Shown piece after piece: positions 22,501 through 34,161 of a stretch of DNA of 64,000 nucleotides; within the stretch, counting starts at the first letter, position 1; each line of letters starts with the position of its first letter. Origin of the DNA: Amphiscolops sp. MND2022 (taxonomy: Eukaryota); NCBI GenBank assembly GCA_964187785.1, contig OZ076412.1:14260001-14324000 (forward strand). The letters are read 5' to 3'. The notes under the pieces were generated by a model that was not told the origin of the DNA, did no database searches, and saw only the letters and a list, made by a program, of their open reading frames with translations. A program made the translations under genes and the position numbers.

Positions 22501-25500
22501 ACTTTGCTGCTCCGTTCAAAACTCTGCGGACTTTGCCAGGTTTATGTGGGTGGACAACTGGGTGGTGCGGCAGATACCACTCGCGAGGGTTGTCCATTTT
22601 GAAGCAGTCTGTTTTGTCGATTTTTTCAATATACCCTTTCTCTAAGTCATCTTGGATTGTTTTACCGTAGTGTTGTTTCAACTCGGGGTCTTTGCTGAAG
22701 CGCCTTTCCAGTGATTTTAGCTGTACCAGGGCAGAAAAGTAGTTATTCGGCAAGCTACTTCCGTCTTCTGCCCACAACATTCCCACTTGGTACCGGCAAC
22801 CATCGTGGTACGTTGTTTCGTCAAGTATTTTCGACGCCCTCGCGTCGGCAGCGGAGCGCGAATCTGCTTGTTTGTACGTTCCGTACGATTCCATATCGTA
22901 CCAGCTACGTAGTTGGTCAACAAGTTCGGTATCCAATTGTTTGTCACAAGTAACAGCTTTAAAACATGTTGAATAGAAACCCGAGGTCGACGGGCCACTC
23001 AAAACCCAGCCCAATGGTAGACGGGCGGCAACTGGAGTATTTTTGCGGTCGGAATCAAAATACTCCAGCGGGCGGATCGAGTGAAACACATCCTGACCAA
23101 GGATCATTTCCACATCAGCGTAACTGTACTTTTTCAAAGCGATTGGTTCGAGGTGTGGGTACTTTGTTTTCAAAGAATCGACGTCAATGAAGTCAGTTCC
23201 AACACTAAGGTCCTCCCTGACGTACGGTTTTACAACAAAGGGCGAGCAAGAGCCACCTGAATGAACGGGTGTCAACTTAAGCTCTACCATTTGTGTGTCA
23301 ACAACTTGGTTAGAATTAATCCCGTGGACGGTGAGTTGGGTTGGTTTGCCATTAACATTCAACTTTTTTGCCAGATTCGCGGAGATCCAGGAATGGCTGC
23401 AGGCAGAATCACACAGCGCTAAAACTTTTTCCGACTTACCATGTGACTGAAGTTCGACTTCCGTTACTTGTAGTAATCCTTTGACATCTGTGACGGAAGG
23501 CATGCCTGAGCTTTCTTCTGGTTTCTCGCTGTTTATCGATGTGCCAATGCAACCAGATGTTTCGGGTTTTACTTTGCTGCTACTGACAGCATTCTTTGTG
23601 AAAATCCGCTCAGCTCCGTGCAAGAAGGTGTTGTGTGAGCTTTCACATCCATCTTTGGTGCACTTGCGGGGCTGTGGACACTGTCGGAACGAGTGATTGG
23701 GTTGGAAGCACGAAAAACAAAGCTTGTTGTCCGCCACAATTCTTGCTCTTTCCGTGGGTGTCTTTTTTCTGAAAACTGGACATCTCCACAACGGATGTTT
23801 GTCTTTACAGGCGACACAGTTTGACAGTTGTTCCACTTTACTCTTCGAACTCGAACGTTGTTGGCTAGACGAGGCTGTCGAGGCAAAAACTTTGGAGACA
23901 GTTTTAGTCTTGGTTGCAGTGATGGTACTGTCTTCGGTTTTTGGCTTGAGGGACGCTGACTTCATGCGCTCGTGCGCTTCAGCCTTATCTTTTAGCCAGT
24001 CGTTGAAATCGATCAGTGTTGGCCTGTCCAAAGTTCGCTTCACCGTGTGCATTGACCATGCTTCTTTCATATTCGGTGGAAGCTTTTGCACCGCTTGTCC
24101 CAGCAGTGATGCACTGGATAGATCTTGAAGGTAATTCAAAGAGCGGAAGACTCCGACTAAAGAACAGATGGTCGCCGAGTAACTGATGATGTTCTCACTG
24201 TTGTGCATCTTTAGAGGTGGGAAGTTCGATAACTTGTCGAGGTACGCAGTTACTACAGTCTGGGGCTGGCCGAATTTTCGCTCTAAAGCCTTTAACGCGT
24301 CTTTATACATTGCTCCACAGTAAGCGAATTCGGAAATAGCCGTCTTGGCTTTACCTGTTACGAGGGTCTTCAGGTATGTTAGCTTGACATCGTCTGTTAG
24401 TGGGGCCGAATCGATAGCGCTTTTGAATTGGCCGAACCACTCGTGCCACTGTAGCGGATCGCCACTGTATTGCGCTAACTTCCACTCGGGCAGATGGTCT
24501 TTCTTCGTTGAAGCTAACAAAAGCGCAAGATCTTGAAGAGAAAACCCAGTTGTACTTGGTTGCTGTATCAACGTGGTTCCTGCAGGCACAAAAGTTGGAG
24601 CGGTTGGACTCAAAGTCGTGGTTGGTTGCGTTGTGGTAGTATATACAGTGGGGTTACTAAGAGTTGTCAGCGGAACATATTACACAGCTCCCCCACGCGT
24701 AACGGGTATTGATGGTACGCTGCTGACCGGTGTGATAGCTACAGGAATGGTAGACACACTTGTGGGGGGTGTCTGGGGTGAAGCTGTTGTAACAATTGGT
24801 GTCGGATTAATGGTCGGGTTAGGGAATGTCCATGCGGATAAGTTCGGTAGGAGGTGGTTCACCGGCATTGTGAACGTTGGCATCCTTGGCGGTACCAATG
24901 GCGGCTGCGGGACGTGTGAGAAAGTACTGGTTGCCTGGAGAATAGGCAACTGTTGTGAAATGGCCGATGTTGATGGTCCGGGGACTGGCACGGTAGGTTC
25001 CGTAGGTGTAAGTGATGTTACTGCCTGTGCTACAGCATTAGGACCCACGGTTGGCACCGGGACAACTGTTGTTGGGACACCAACTGCTGTTGGCGCTTGG
25101 TTTGTACCGTCCGGTGTCATGGTAGTTGGATCAGCATTACCCAGTGGCGGAAGCGAAGATGTCACTGCGGTAGTAGTAGCAATCGACGTTGCAATGCGAA
25201 TGGGAACCACTGCTTGCGGTTGGTTATTGTTGAAAGTAACAACCGGGGAGTTGTTGATCCATTCGTTTATCCTTTGATTCTCGTTGGCTGCGCTTGTACC
25301 ACTCAGTCGTGACAAAGTTTCGTGCAAATCCTCGTTGGCTTCGGAAAGATCATCTTGGAGTTCCAACTCCACAAGGTGAGCTGCTGCCAGTCGTTTCCGG
25401 TTTTCTTCTTGTAGCTGCTCTAATTCGAGCTCTTGCTTCTGCTTAGCTAGTCGTAAAGCGGCTTCGTTCTGCCTTTCTACCTCTTCTCGCTTATGCTGAG

Positions 25501-25939
25501 CAATAAGCAATTCGCGTTGTCTTTGACTGGAGGACTTAGATACCTTGCTACTAGAAACTTTACTGGATTTCACCTTTTTTGAAGTCCTAGCTGAAGATTG
25601 TGATGACCGTTCAACGTTAGGGCACTGGTCTATATACTCCCTTGCACTCCTGAGAATTTCATCGTTTTGAACAGTGGTGTCATTCAGCCACTTTTCCAAA
25701 TCGGCTTTTACAGATGCAGGGTCACTTGTTTTCTTAGCAAGTTCGAGGAGCAGTTCATTCTTGGCGAACGCTTTAGTCAAGGCCTCTTCGCAGTGAGTGA
25801 CCAACCGTTCGACACGGACGCGTCTCTCGGCATTGTTAACTGCTTCTGTGACTTCTCTTTGAGTTTTGTTCAGGTCGGCCTCGGCTTTCGCACGACTTTC
25901 AAACAACTTTTGTACTTTCTCGTGAACGGGGTCAGACAT
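19562..25939 (-). CDS. Element B gag-pol polyprotein (2126 codons including the terminal stop), broken by one in-frame TAA at 24682-24680
   Basis: The two track ORFs (24680-25939 and 19562-24613) are in the same frame. Motifs: DUF1759-like gag (FSG/YSGDPLQW), three Cys/His knuckles, protease LCDSAC, RT YMDD, Pao RNase H FGDSS, integrase IDYFGP / SDNGTNF / GGVWER, and a DUF5641-like tail. Confidence 0.95.
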
Positions 25940-26367
25940 GATATTGTCGAAAGTGGGAATCGGTAAATGTTTGTACTTTTCCCGACGTCAACCAAACAAT
26001 TAAGATTGGACACAGTTCAAGAAAAGGTTTAGTGGTGTGGAATACGGTGTCAATCAGTGACAGCACGGTGTTTGTACAGTGCTTAGAGAAAGAAACTGGC
26101 GGTTATTTTTGGTTTTAAGTTAAAAGTAGTCACAGACTACGAGGACGGAACACGATAAACTCAAAGTCGCGTCGACGAAACGCGGTCTCAGTTGACGGTG
26201 GCGCGGCTGAGGGACGAAACGATCTTTCAGAGTATCAACCAGTCAGTCAAGACTGGACACAACTCTGAAAGAAGGAGGAATAGCTGAAGGAACTTCAACC
26301 GATCAGTGAAGTTCGGACACTGTCTCGACAGCTGGAAGAAGCGGGGGGGGGGGGTAGCCAACTGAGT

Positions 26368-26975
26368 CTAAAAGGAGGCAGCGGCTCTCTTAGCAGCGTT
26401 CCGGGCACGCTTGCTTGGCCGTTTGGGTCGGCTTTTATCAGTTATTTTACTGAGATCATTCTCTTTACGAAGAACAAAATCCAAATTCTTCAGTTCAAGC
26501 TCTGGGCTCTGATGCAACGCCTTGAATTGTTTAAGAATCTCGGGATCCTTTTGTTTTTTCACGGATATAAAATCTTTGACGATACTGGACACTTTGATAT
26601 TATGATCAGTTTGCAAAACTTTCAATTCTTCGAAAATGTGCGGGGTGCGGTAACGTTGGCAATACACCAGACCACAAAGCTTGTCTTGAAGACTTTTCAA
26701 TGTTTTAATTAGATCTAGCACTGATAACGCACGGAAATTGTTGCTATCATGTTTCGAAATACTATTGTTCAAAACATCATGCCAAATCACAATGTCTTTT
26801 TTATCTTTCAGATCTTTCGAAAGTAAATTTTGAACAATCTTCTTGGGATTTTTCGTGTTCGGATTCAGGCTCAGGCCCGGGATGGTATAGATTTTATTTT
26901 AAAATGTTCCCTTTCTTCTGTGGTTAGTGTTTCCAATGCATGATGCAAAGAACTTGCGGCTACTATAAACACCAT
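26368..26975 (-). pseudogene. Element B accessory ORF, SGNH/GDSL hydrolase-like (about 202 aa), with a 1-nt frameshift near 26900
   Basis: MVFIVAASSLHHAL... is followed, after restoring one A, by ...KIYTIPGLSLNP...DIVIWHDVLNNS...ALHQSPELE. The fold assignment comes from motif resemblance only. Confidence 0.6.
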
Positions 26976-27294
26976 GTACTTTTCCGCAAAAATTAATTTC
27001 CAAGTCAAGAACTAAATTTTGAATATGGTAATTTATACGGTTTTTGTCAAATGAGAAGCTTTTATTCGGTCTTTGAAAAATTCGATTTCACATTTAAGGC
27101 GAGTTTTGGGTCAAACCAAATCTTGAAGTTTTCAGAAACTTGCTATCTCGAAGAGTCAAAAGAAATGAAGAGTTTCCATAGTTCATCAGTTTTTTGTTAG
27201 GACATTTCTATATCGAAGAAATGAACATCGAAAAAGCGCAAAGTTTTGTTTTCAACCTTCAAAGTTTCCCACAGTAACCGGTTTTCTGCTTTGG

Positions 27295-27605
27295 ACGGGG
27301 CACCTTCAACTGCTGGGATACTCTCGGCTGGAAGCACCTTCCTCTGGAGTAGGCACCCTCGTCTGGGGGAGGTACCTTCTGGGTGGAGCACGCTCGTCTG
27401 GGAGGAAACTCGTCTGGCGGAAGCGCCCTCGTCTGGTGAAGGCCCCGCGTCTGGGGGGAAACTCGTCTGGGGAAGCACCCTCTTCTGGGGAAGGCACCTC
27501 GTCTGGGGGAAGCACCTTCGTCTGGGGAAGGCACTCTCGTTTGGGGGGGACCTCGTCTGGGGGAAGCACCCTCGTCTGGGGGTAAACTCGTCTGGGGGGA
27601 AGGAC
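27295..27605. repeat. GC-rich tandem array (about 14 units of 15-19 bp, core CTCGTCTGGGG) in the 5' leader of element B
   Basis: Eleven exact CGTCTGG cores plus variants counted by eye. Confidence 0.9.
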
Positions 27606-28883
27606 CTTCTCGTGGTCTAATTGATAATTAGGAATAATTTGGAATAATTAGGATTTTTTGGGTAGCAGTTTCGAATATTCGAATAAATCCTGGTCTGGAC
27701 ACCATAAAGAAACTGTATATTCGAATCGGCTAATAATACAGTCCGTTTGCAAAGAGTTTTTTGACCGCAGTATTAAAACATTCAAAGACATCAGTGAATA
27801 AATCAAAACAACTTGCAAAAGATCAATGTTGTTTACAAATATAATTAAACAAATTAAAGTTTCGAGATAGCAAATTATTTGAATGATATTTGAAAAATAT
27901 ATTTTACTATTTTCAGAAGTAGCAAATATTTGACGGTTTCGGGAATCGAACCGGTAACCTTCAAATTCCGAGTCCCATACTCTACCGACCGTGCTATGGT
28001 CACTTAATTTTGTTTGTTTTAATTCAACCATATTTGCTTTGCAACATTTTGACTTATTTGATGTTTTTAGTTCGGGCAAACTGATTTCGCGAGTCTCAGG
28101 GGTGATCTCTTCGGGTAATTTTTATCTAGTTTAAGATTGATAAGAGTCCTCTTAGGAGTTGTTCTTGAGGATTTTCTAAAGAGCTTTTTCTATTTGAGCA
28201 TCGAGCGGGGCGACCTCAAGTAGTTCCCAGGTTTTCAAGACTAAAAAGACTTTCAAGACTTTTGCTTTTTTTAGACTGTGCGACCTTTTCAATATTTAAA
28301 AAATGCAAAAAACGGGTGTTAGCTTATGAAAAGTCCCTTTCTTGAACCTGAGTTCTGAAATGCATCCAAGCACTCCCTCTGGTTTTTTAAAACGAAAAAC
28401 CAAAAGGCACTTTTTTATTCTTTTCCGGTACTGCGTGACTTTTTTCAAAAATGTTTGAGTCACTATTTTTTTCCTTTGTTTGAGTCTCCATTTTTTTTCA
28501 TTTTTTAACGAAGAAAATGCATTTTCTATGCCAAAAGAATCCTCTTCTTTTCCTCTGCCTCTGACTTTCTGTCATTTTTAGCCCAAAGGGTGTCCTCTGG
28601 GTTTGTTCCTGACATTTTACGTCTTTTTTGAATTTCTTTTTATTGTCAATAAAATCCTTCCCAATGTGGCAGTTCGCATTAATCCAATTTCAAAGTTTTT
28701 TTATCTTTCCAAATTTGATTATAATTAGTTCTGCTTTCTGTTATAACGCCTTTTCTGGTAAAAATCATGCTGTAACCACATTCATGACGTTAGATTTGAA
28801 CTCGAATTAGATTGAAATAGCTATTGACAAACAAAACTAGAAGTAGCAACAACGGGAGTTTATGAACAGGCTTTAATTAGATT

Positions 28884-29389
28884 GGTATGCGGAAAACTCG
28901 TCGAAAACAACTCGCCGAATGCAACTCGTCGAAAACAACTCGTCGAAAGTAGAGGGCGGAACACTGGTCGAAAATTAACTCGTCGAACAGAAATTGACTG
29001 TAAACTCGTCGAATTATGACAGATTGCCCACAGGGATTATCAAGTGCTAATTATGGATCAATTTTCAATAATTGATGCGTGAAATTTTCAGTTTCACGCA
29101 TAAAATAGCTTTTGTAGTTATATAATTGCTTGAAATGTTTCACTTTCATAGTTTACAGTGCAGTACTTCATAATAATTTAGAACTTCATAACACGATAAG
29201 ATTACAAAGTTAGCACTATATTTGCCTCAGATTATTTTCTGTTCTTGCGACGAGTTTACCGCCGGAGAATTTTCGGCGAGTTGTTTTTCGACGAGTTTTC
29301 CGCCTAGTATTTTCGACCAGTTGTTTTCGGCGAGTTGTTTTCGACGAGTTGTTTTCGACGAGTTGTTTTCGACGAGTTTTCCTAGATTC
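28884..29389. mobile_element. Foldback/Mutator-like MITE with TIRs built from 14-bp tandem units
   Basis: Left array AAAACAACTCGTCG is inverted relative to right array CGACGAGTTGTTTT. Flanking direct repeat AATTAGATT(GG) at 28875 and 29390 gives a 9-11 bp TSD. Confidence 0.8.
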
Positions 29390-29940
29390 AATTAGATTGC
29401 TGTTTCTCTTCAAGTACTGCCTGAAAGAACGTGGGGATCGATCCTGACCAATGTCGAATTTTTGTACATTTCAATATGGCACATTGAAGCTATCGTTCTC
29501 CGATAAAATATTTATAACAATTAAGAACTCACTGAATTCTCATTTTGAACTTCATATCTTACGTTTTGTCAGGATATTGTTGTAAGTGATAGCAACTACT
29601 TTTGGAACTTCAATCCTTTTGTAGTCTTCGGACTTTCAATGTCCAATTGTACAATTGTGTCGGTCCATACGACCGTTCTTTATCGCGCTATTTGTTTTCG
29701 AATATTCATGGTTTTTTAAAACGATTTCAGTCTTTTCTTGGTTTGAATCTTCAAAAATTAGTTACGCGAAATTATGTGAAATTGGAGGAAAAATATCTTT
29801 AGGAACCTATTAATTCGTATCTACAGGTTGTCGGGTCGATATTCCAACTTTTTCACCTGTCTAAAACGTTTTGATGTGCATTAATGAATTTTCCATGTAT
29901 TTTCGATGTATTATCGATGTTTTTTTTAAATGTTTGTCAG

Positions 29941-30157
29941 AACTCACGGACAATTGTGTCATACATACGAGAGCGCATCTCTGAGAAGATTCGACCGTGG
30001 CAGAGTTGACAATGTGAGATCGAATTGTCCAATCATGTTGAAGCTAGCTAAGACACTAGTGGGACTTGAGTGGGATTTGCAGACTCACCAACAGAGAATA
30101 GAGACAAAACAACTGTTTCAAGAAGTCTGTCAGAATCAGCAAAAGTTAATTGACGAG
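29941..30157 (+). CDS. ChAT: ChAT exon with the substrate-specificity loop
   Basis: tgtCAG|A acceptor and GAG|GTTAGT donor. Encodes [27 protein letters not shown]; VDN is ChAT-type, whereas carnitine acyltransferases have TDT/TET. Confidence 0.96.
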
Positions 30158-30449
30158 GTTAGTAGTTTCAAACGCTTTCAGAGACATTTTTTTTCGAGAA
30201 AAAATTTTTAATCCAACAATGATTAATCCTGCGATCAAAAATAGACAGGTTATTCTGTGCTTCTAGGTAGCTCACTCTTTGCTGCGGTTCAAAAGAAGCC
30301 TGTTTGCATATTAAATTTTCTGCAAATGACTGTAGCAAACTTTTTAATTCGTTCACAAAATAGCTCTAAACTTCGATTCCGGAGATCGCGGACTTCTCAG
30401 CAACGTTTGAAAATGTACTAGGTGAACCAAAACATCAGAACGCACATGT

Positions 30450-32870
30450 TTTTTGGATAACCCAAATAGCGAAGACATTGTCAACAATTGTTTCTTTTCA
30501 ACTTCGAATGCACAAATTCAGGTTGTTATTTTCCGCCCATATTTCATATGGAAAGGAAAATATTTAAATCAAACGCGTTTTTTTTTACAAAATTTGCCAA
30601 GCACCAAATTTATATTTAACTTTAAAGGTTTTACCCATAGAATTCAACTCACATAAATTTAGCTTCGTGCGATATATATTTGTGGAAATTTCTGGACTTT
30701 TATGGTTGACCCGAAGAACCCCAGAATGACCCAAAAAATGACCCCAAAATGTGAAAATTTGCAGAAATTTTCAATTTTTTACGTTTCAAAGCAGTTTTTG
30801 TCACTTTTTCGATAAATATCGTGGATTAGAATGTTGAAAACGTTCAACAAGGCACGAACCCAATAGTCTTCCATGAATAGATAATTGCTGTTTTCCAAAT
30901 GAAAATGATCTCAAATTCAAATTTAAGATGACAAAAAACAAAAAATTGTTCCGCTTTTCAAAGTTTTTATGCGATTTTTGTCAAATTTTCGATAGACTTC
31001 GTGGATTAGAATGTTGAAAACGCACATTATAGCACCAATTCATTGCCCAGTTGGCTTTTCGGAAGTGCTAATAGTTGTTTTCCAAATGAAAAAAAACCTC
31101 AAATTGACACCGAAAAAGACAAAAAACCCAAAATTTTCCATTTTCAGTTTTTAAGAAATTTTTGTCAAATTTTTGGTGATTTGGAATGTTGAAAACGTTC
31201 ATCAAAGTCAGAATTCGCTGTCCAGTAGTCTTTTTCGAAGAGATAAATGCAGTTCTTGAATGAAAAATGTCTCCAATTGACACCAAAAACGACAAAAAAC
31301 CCCAAAATTTCCATTTTTCATTTTTTTTGCAATTTTTGTCAATTTTTTGACAAACTTCGTGAATTGGAATGTTGAAAACGTTCATCAAAACAAGAATTTG
31401 TTGTCGAGTAGTCTTTATTGAAGAGACAAAAGGAGATTTCAGGAAAAAAGTCTCTAGTTGACACAGAAAATCACAAAAAAGCAAAATTTTCCAATTTTCA
31501 AAGTTTTTATGCATTTTCATTAAGGTTTCGATAGACTTCGCGGATTTGAATGATTTAAAGGGTCAACAAGGAACAAATGTTTGTCCAGTAGTTTTTAAAG
31601 AAGAGATTATTACAAAGGTTTGAATGAAAATGTCTCCAATTAACGAAAATGACAAAAGTCCTTAAATTTTCCATTCTTCAAAGATTTTATGCATATTTTC
31701 CAAATTTTTGACGGACTTTGTAGAATGGAACATTGTGAATGGTCAACAAGGAAAACATGGGATGTCCGGTATGCTTTTCCGAAAAGCTTATTGAAGTTGT
31801 TTAGTTAAAAGGTCTCAAATTGACACCGAAAATGACAAAAAACCCCAAAATTTTCCAATTTTCAAAGTTTTCATGCTTTTTTCCCCAAATTTTTGACAGA
31901 CTTCGTGTATTGGACTGTCGAGAAGGGCCCACAAGGAAAGAATGTGTTGTCCAGTATGTATGGAGAACAGATAAATGCAGATTTTTGAATCTCGAAAAAG
32001 ATGAAAATTCGAAAGTTTCTGATTTTCACCGTTTTTGTCAATTTTTTGTCATACTATTACTAGACGTCGTGGAATAGAATGTTAAAACCCTAAAAAATGG
32101 GACAAATAGTTGTTACGGTGAGCTTTTGTCAAGAAATTGTCAAAAGTAGTCGAAAATTTTCAAGTTTTTGTCGTTTTCGATGCAATTTCTGTACAATTTC
32201 CGAGAGATTTTGTTATAATTTCCCACACAATCAACAACAAAAGAACGAGCTAGGCATTAATTTTTTGAAGGGAGCGTTGCAGCATTTTTCTTTGAAAACA
32301 CTTCACAATGACTCCAAGTGAGAAGAAAAATTTCAACATCTTCGTTTTTGTGCAATTTGTCAACTTTATGAATCGTTTTGAATTGGAGTTAGAATGTTGG
32401 CAATGGTTCAACAAACACTGAACTCATAATTCAGTAGGCTTTTGAAGAACTATTTGTGGACTCCAGTTGGTAAATGGCTCAAAACTGACCACAAAATCTC
32501 GAAAATGTCGAGCTTTTTGCCGATTTCTGACGTTTCCAGTGAATTTATGTTTGAGATTAGACATTTTTGTGATAAATGCTTCCAAAAGCTCCAGATGATA
32601 AAACTAGGCCCGAAGCACGTTTTTCAAAACGAAATTGGCAATTTTATGGGACAAAAATTCTCAGAATGACTCAAACAAAACAAAAACTGAGACTTTTCAA
32701 GTGTGATACTTTTTTAGGCAGTTTTTTTGTACAATTATTGAGCTACTTTCTTGAACAAAACGGCTTTAAAAACTCGAACGGCAAAAAACCACGAACGTTT
32801 TTGAAAAATATAACTTCTGTTGAGCTGATCATTAAAGCAAAAGGGTACTCAAATTGCACTTTTGGAAAAA
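30450..32870 (-). repeat. Inverted copy of the 700-2990 dispersed repeat
   Basis: Block-wise reverse-complement similarity to 700-2990. Boundaries are approximate. Confidence 0.75.
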
Positions 32871-34161
32871 CTGGCATGAAGTTCATTGAGTTTACGACAA
32901 AGGTGTCAAAATTTCCGAATTTCCTCTACTTTTTAAGAATATAGACCCAATTTTGGATCCTCCCCGAAAATTTACTTCAATAGAAAATACCATAGCCGCA
33001 GGATTGAAACATTTAGCTTCCGGCAGTGTTTCCAAAAGATATCAGACAAGTTTAATTGCACAATTTTCAAAAACTTGTCTTGAAAACGTAGATTTCGACC
33101 TTGTTTTTTCAATATTTAATATTCAATAACCTCCAAGCAAAATCACTAGATATGGAGAACACCTTTCAAAGGAAAATGTTTCAATCTACAACGTGTGTTA
33201 GAATGGTGTAAACAATCAACAACAAATACACTCGGTGTCCAGTAGGTTTTTTATTGCAGATACGTCTGTAATTTTATGGTAGAAAAGTTTCTCTAATTGA
33301 CCCTGAAATTCAAATTTGTGACACTTCTGGTGAAACTATGTGCAATATATAACAAACCGGGACCACCGAAGGTCATTAAACTTGCGAAAGACCTAAATTC
33401 AAGGTTTTCCTACTTTTCAGTGCCCAGAATTACCTCAAGAATTGGGCCTCGGAAACCACTTTTTCCCCAACAGGAACAACTTAAATCCAAAGTTATAATT
33501 TTTTTTCACGAAAGTCTTTTGTTGGCGAAACAAGTTGAAAAACTTTTTTTTCGAGCCGAAGTCAGCTAAAAAAGCAAGGGTATCCTTAGACCAAATGAAA
33601 GTTTCGGAAAGATGCAGAGAGCCGAAAAACAGAACTGAGGTATTTCCCACTAACAATAAGAAAACTCATCAGTTCGACATGATCAAAAGTAACAAAGAGG
33701 TCACCCTGAAGGCTCAGGAAACTTATTTCCTTTACAGAATACCTCAAAAACGAAAATTTTCGAAAAATGTTTTGCAAAATTTGTTTTAGAAAACATTTAT
33801 CGACAACGTTTTTTCTACTCGGTAAGTCGCATAGTAAATTTTAAGTTTGCAATACGAAAACTGACTCCGAAATAATAAACTAGGTGTTTCCTTTAAGAAT
33901 GGGCTATAATGAATTAAAGCTTTCTTTTGTTCGAACTTCTTTGTGTTTTCATAGTGCATTGGCTATTCTTGAGCCTCAAATTTATTTATGTAGTTGTAGA
34001 ACAGCTTGGGGCGGAAAATATCTCGCTGCTCAGCGGGCGTCTTGTTAATCATTCGAATTGGCACCCGAACGTTTCTTCGAAACAGAATGATTTTCTTTGA
34101 CGAAAACAAATAAAAAACCGGTTAGTAGAGCTATCTAGGCGTTTTTCTATGTTTGAAGTAA

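Larger units (their letters stand above)
19059..28046 (-). mobile_element. Element B: full-length BEL/Pao LTR retrotransposon, recent insertion in a ChAT intron
   Basis: 342-bp LTRs at 19059-19400 and 27705-28046 are identical by eye. 5-bp TSD TTTTG at 19054-58 and 28047-51. PBS TGGTGTCCAGACCAGGATT starts at 27704. GGGCCCGGAGGA lies at the PPT position before the 3' LTR. Confidence 0.96.

Noticed and set aside
24573-25277. 234-aa plus-strand ORF and similar ORFs opposite elements A, B and D
   Set aside because: These are antisense shadows of biased (Pro/Thr-rich or stop-poor) coding sequence on the other strand.
27295-29389. CRISPR-like interpretation of the repeat arrays at 27.3-27.6 kb, 28.9-29.4 kb and 50.8 kb
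   Set aside because: The units are adjacent with no unique spacers, there are no cas genes, and the context is eukaryotic transposon DNA.
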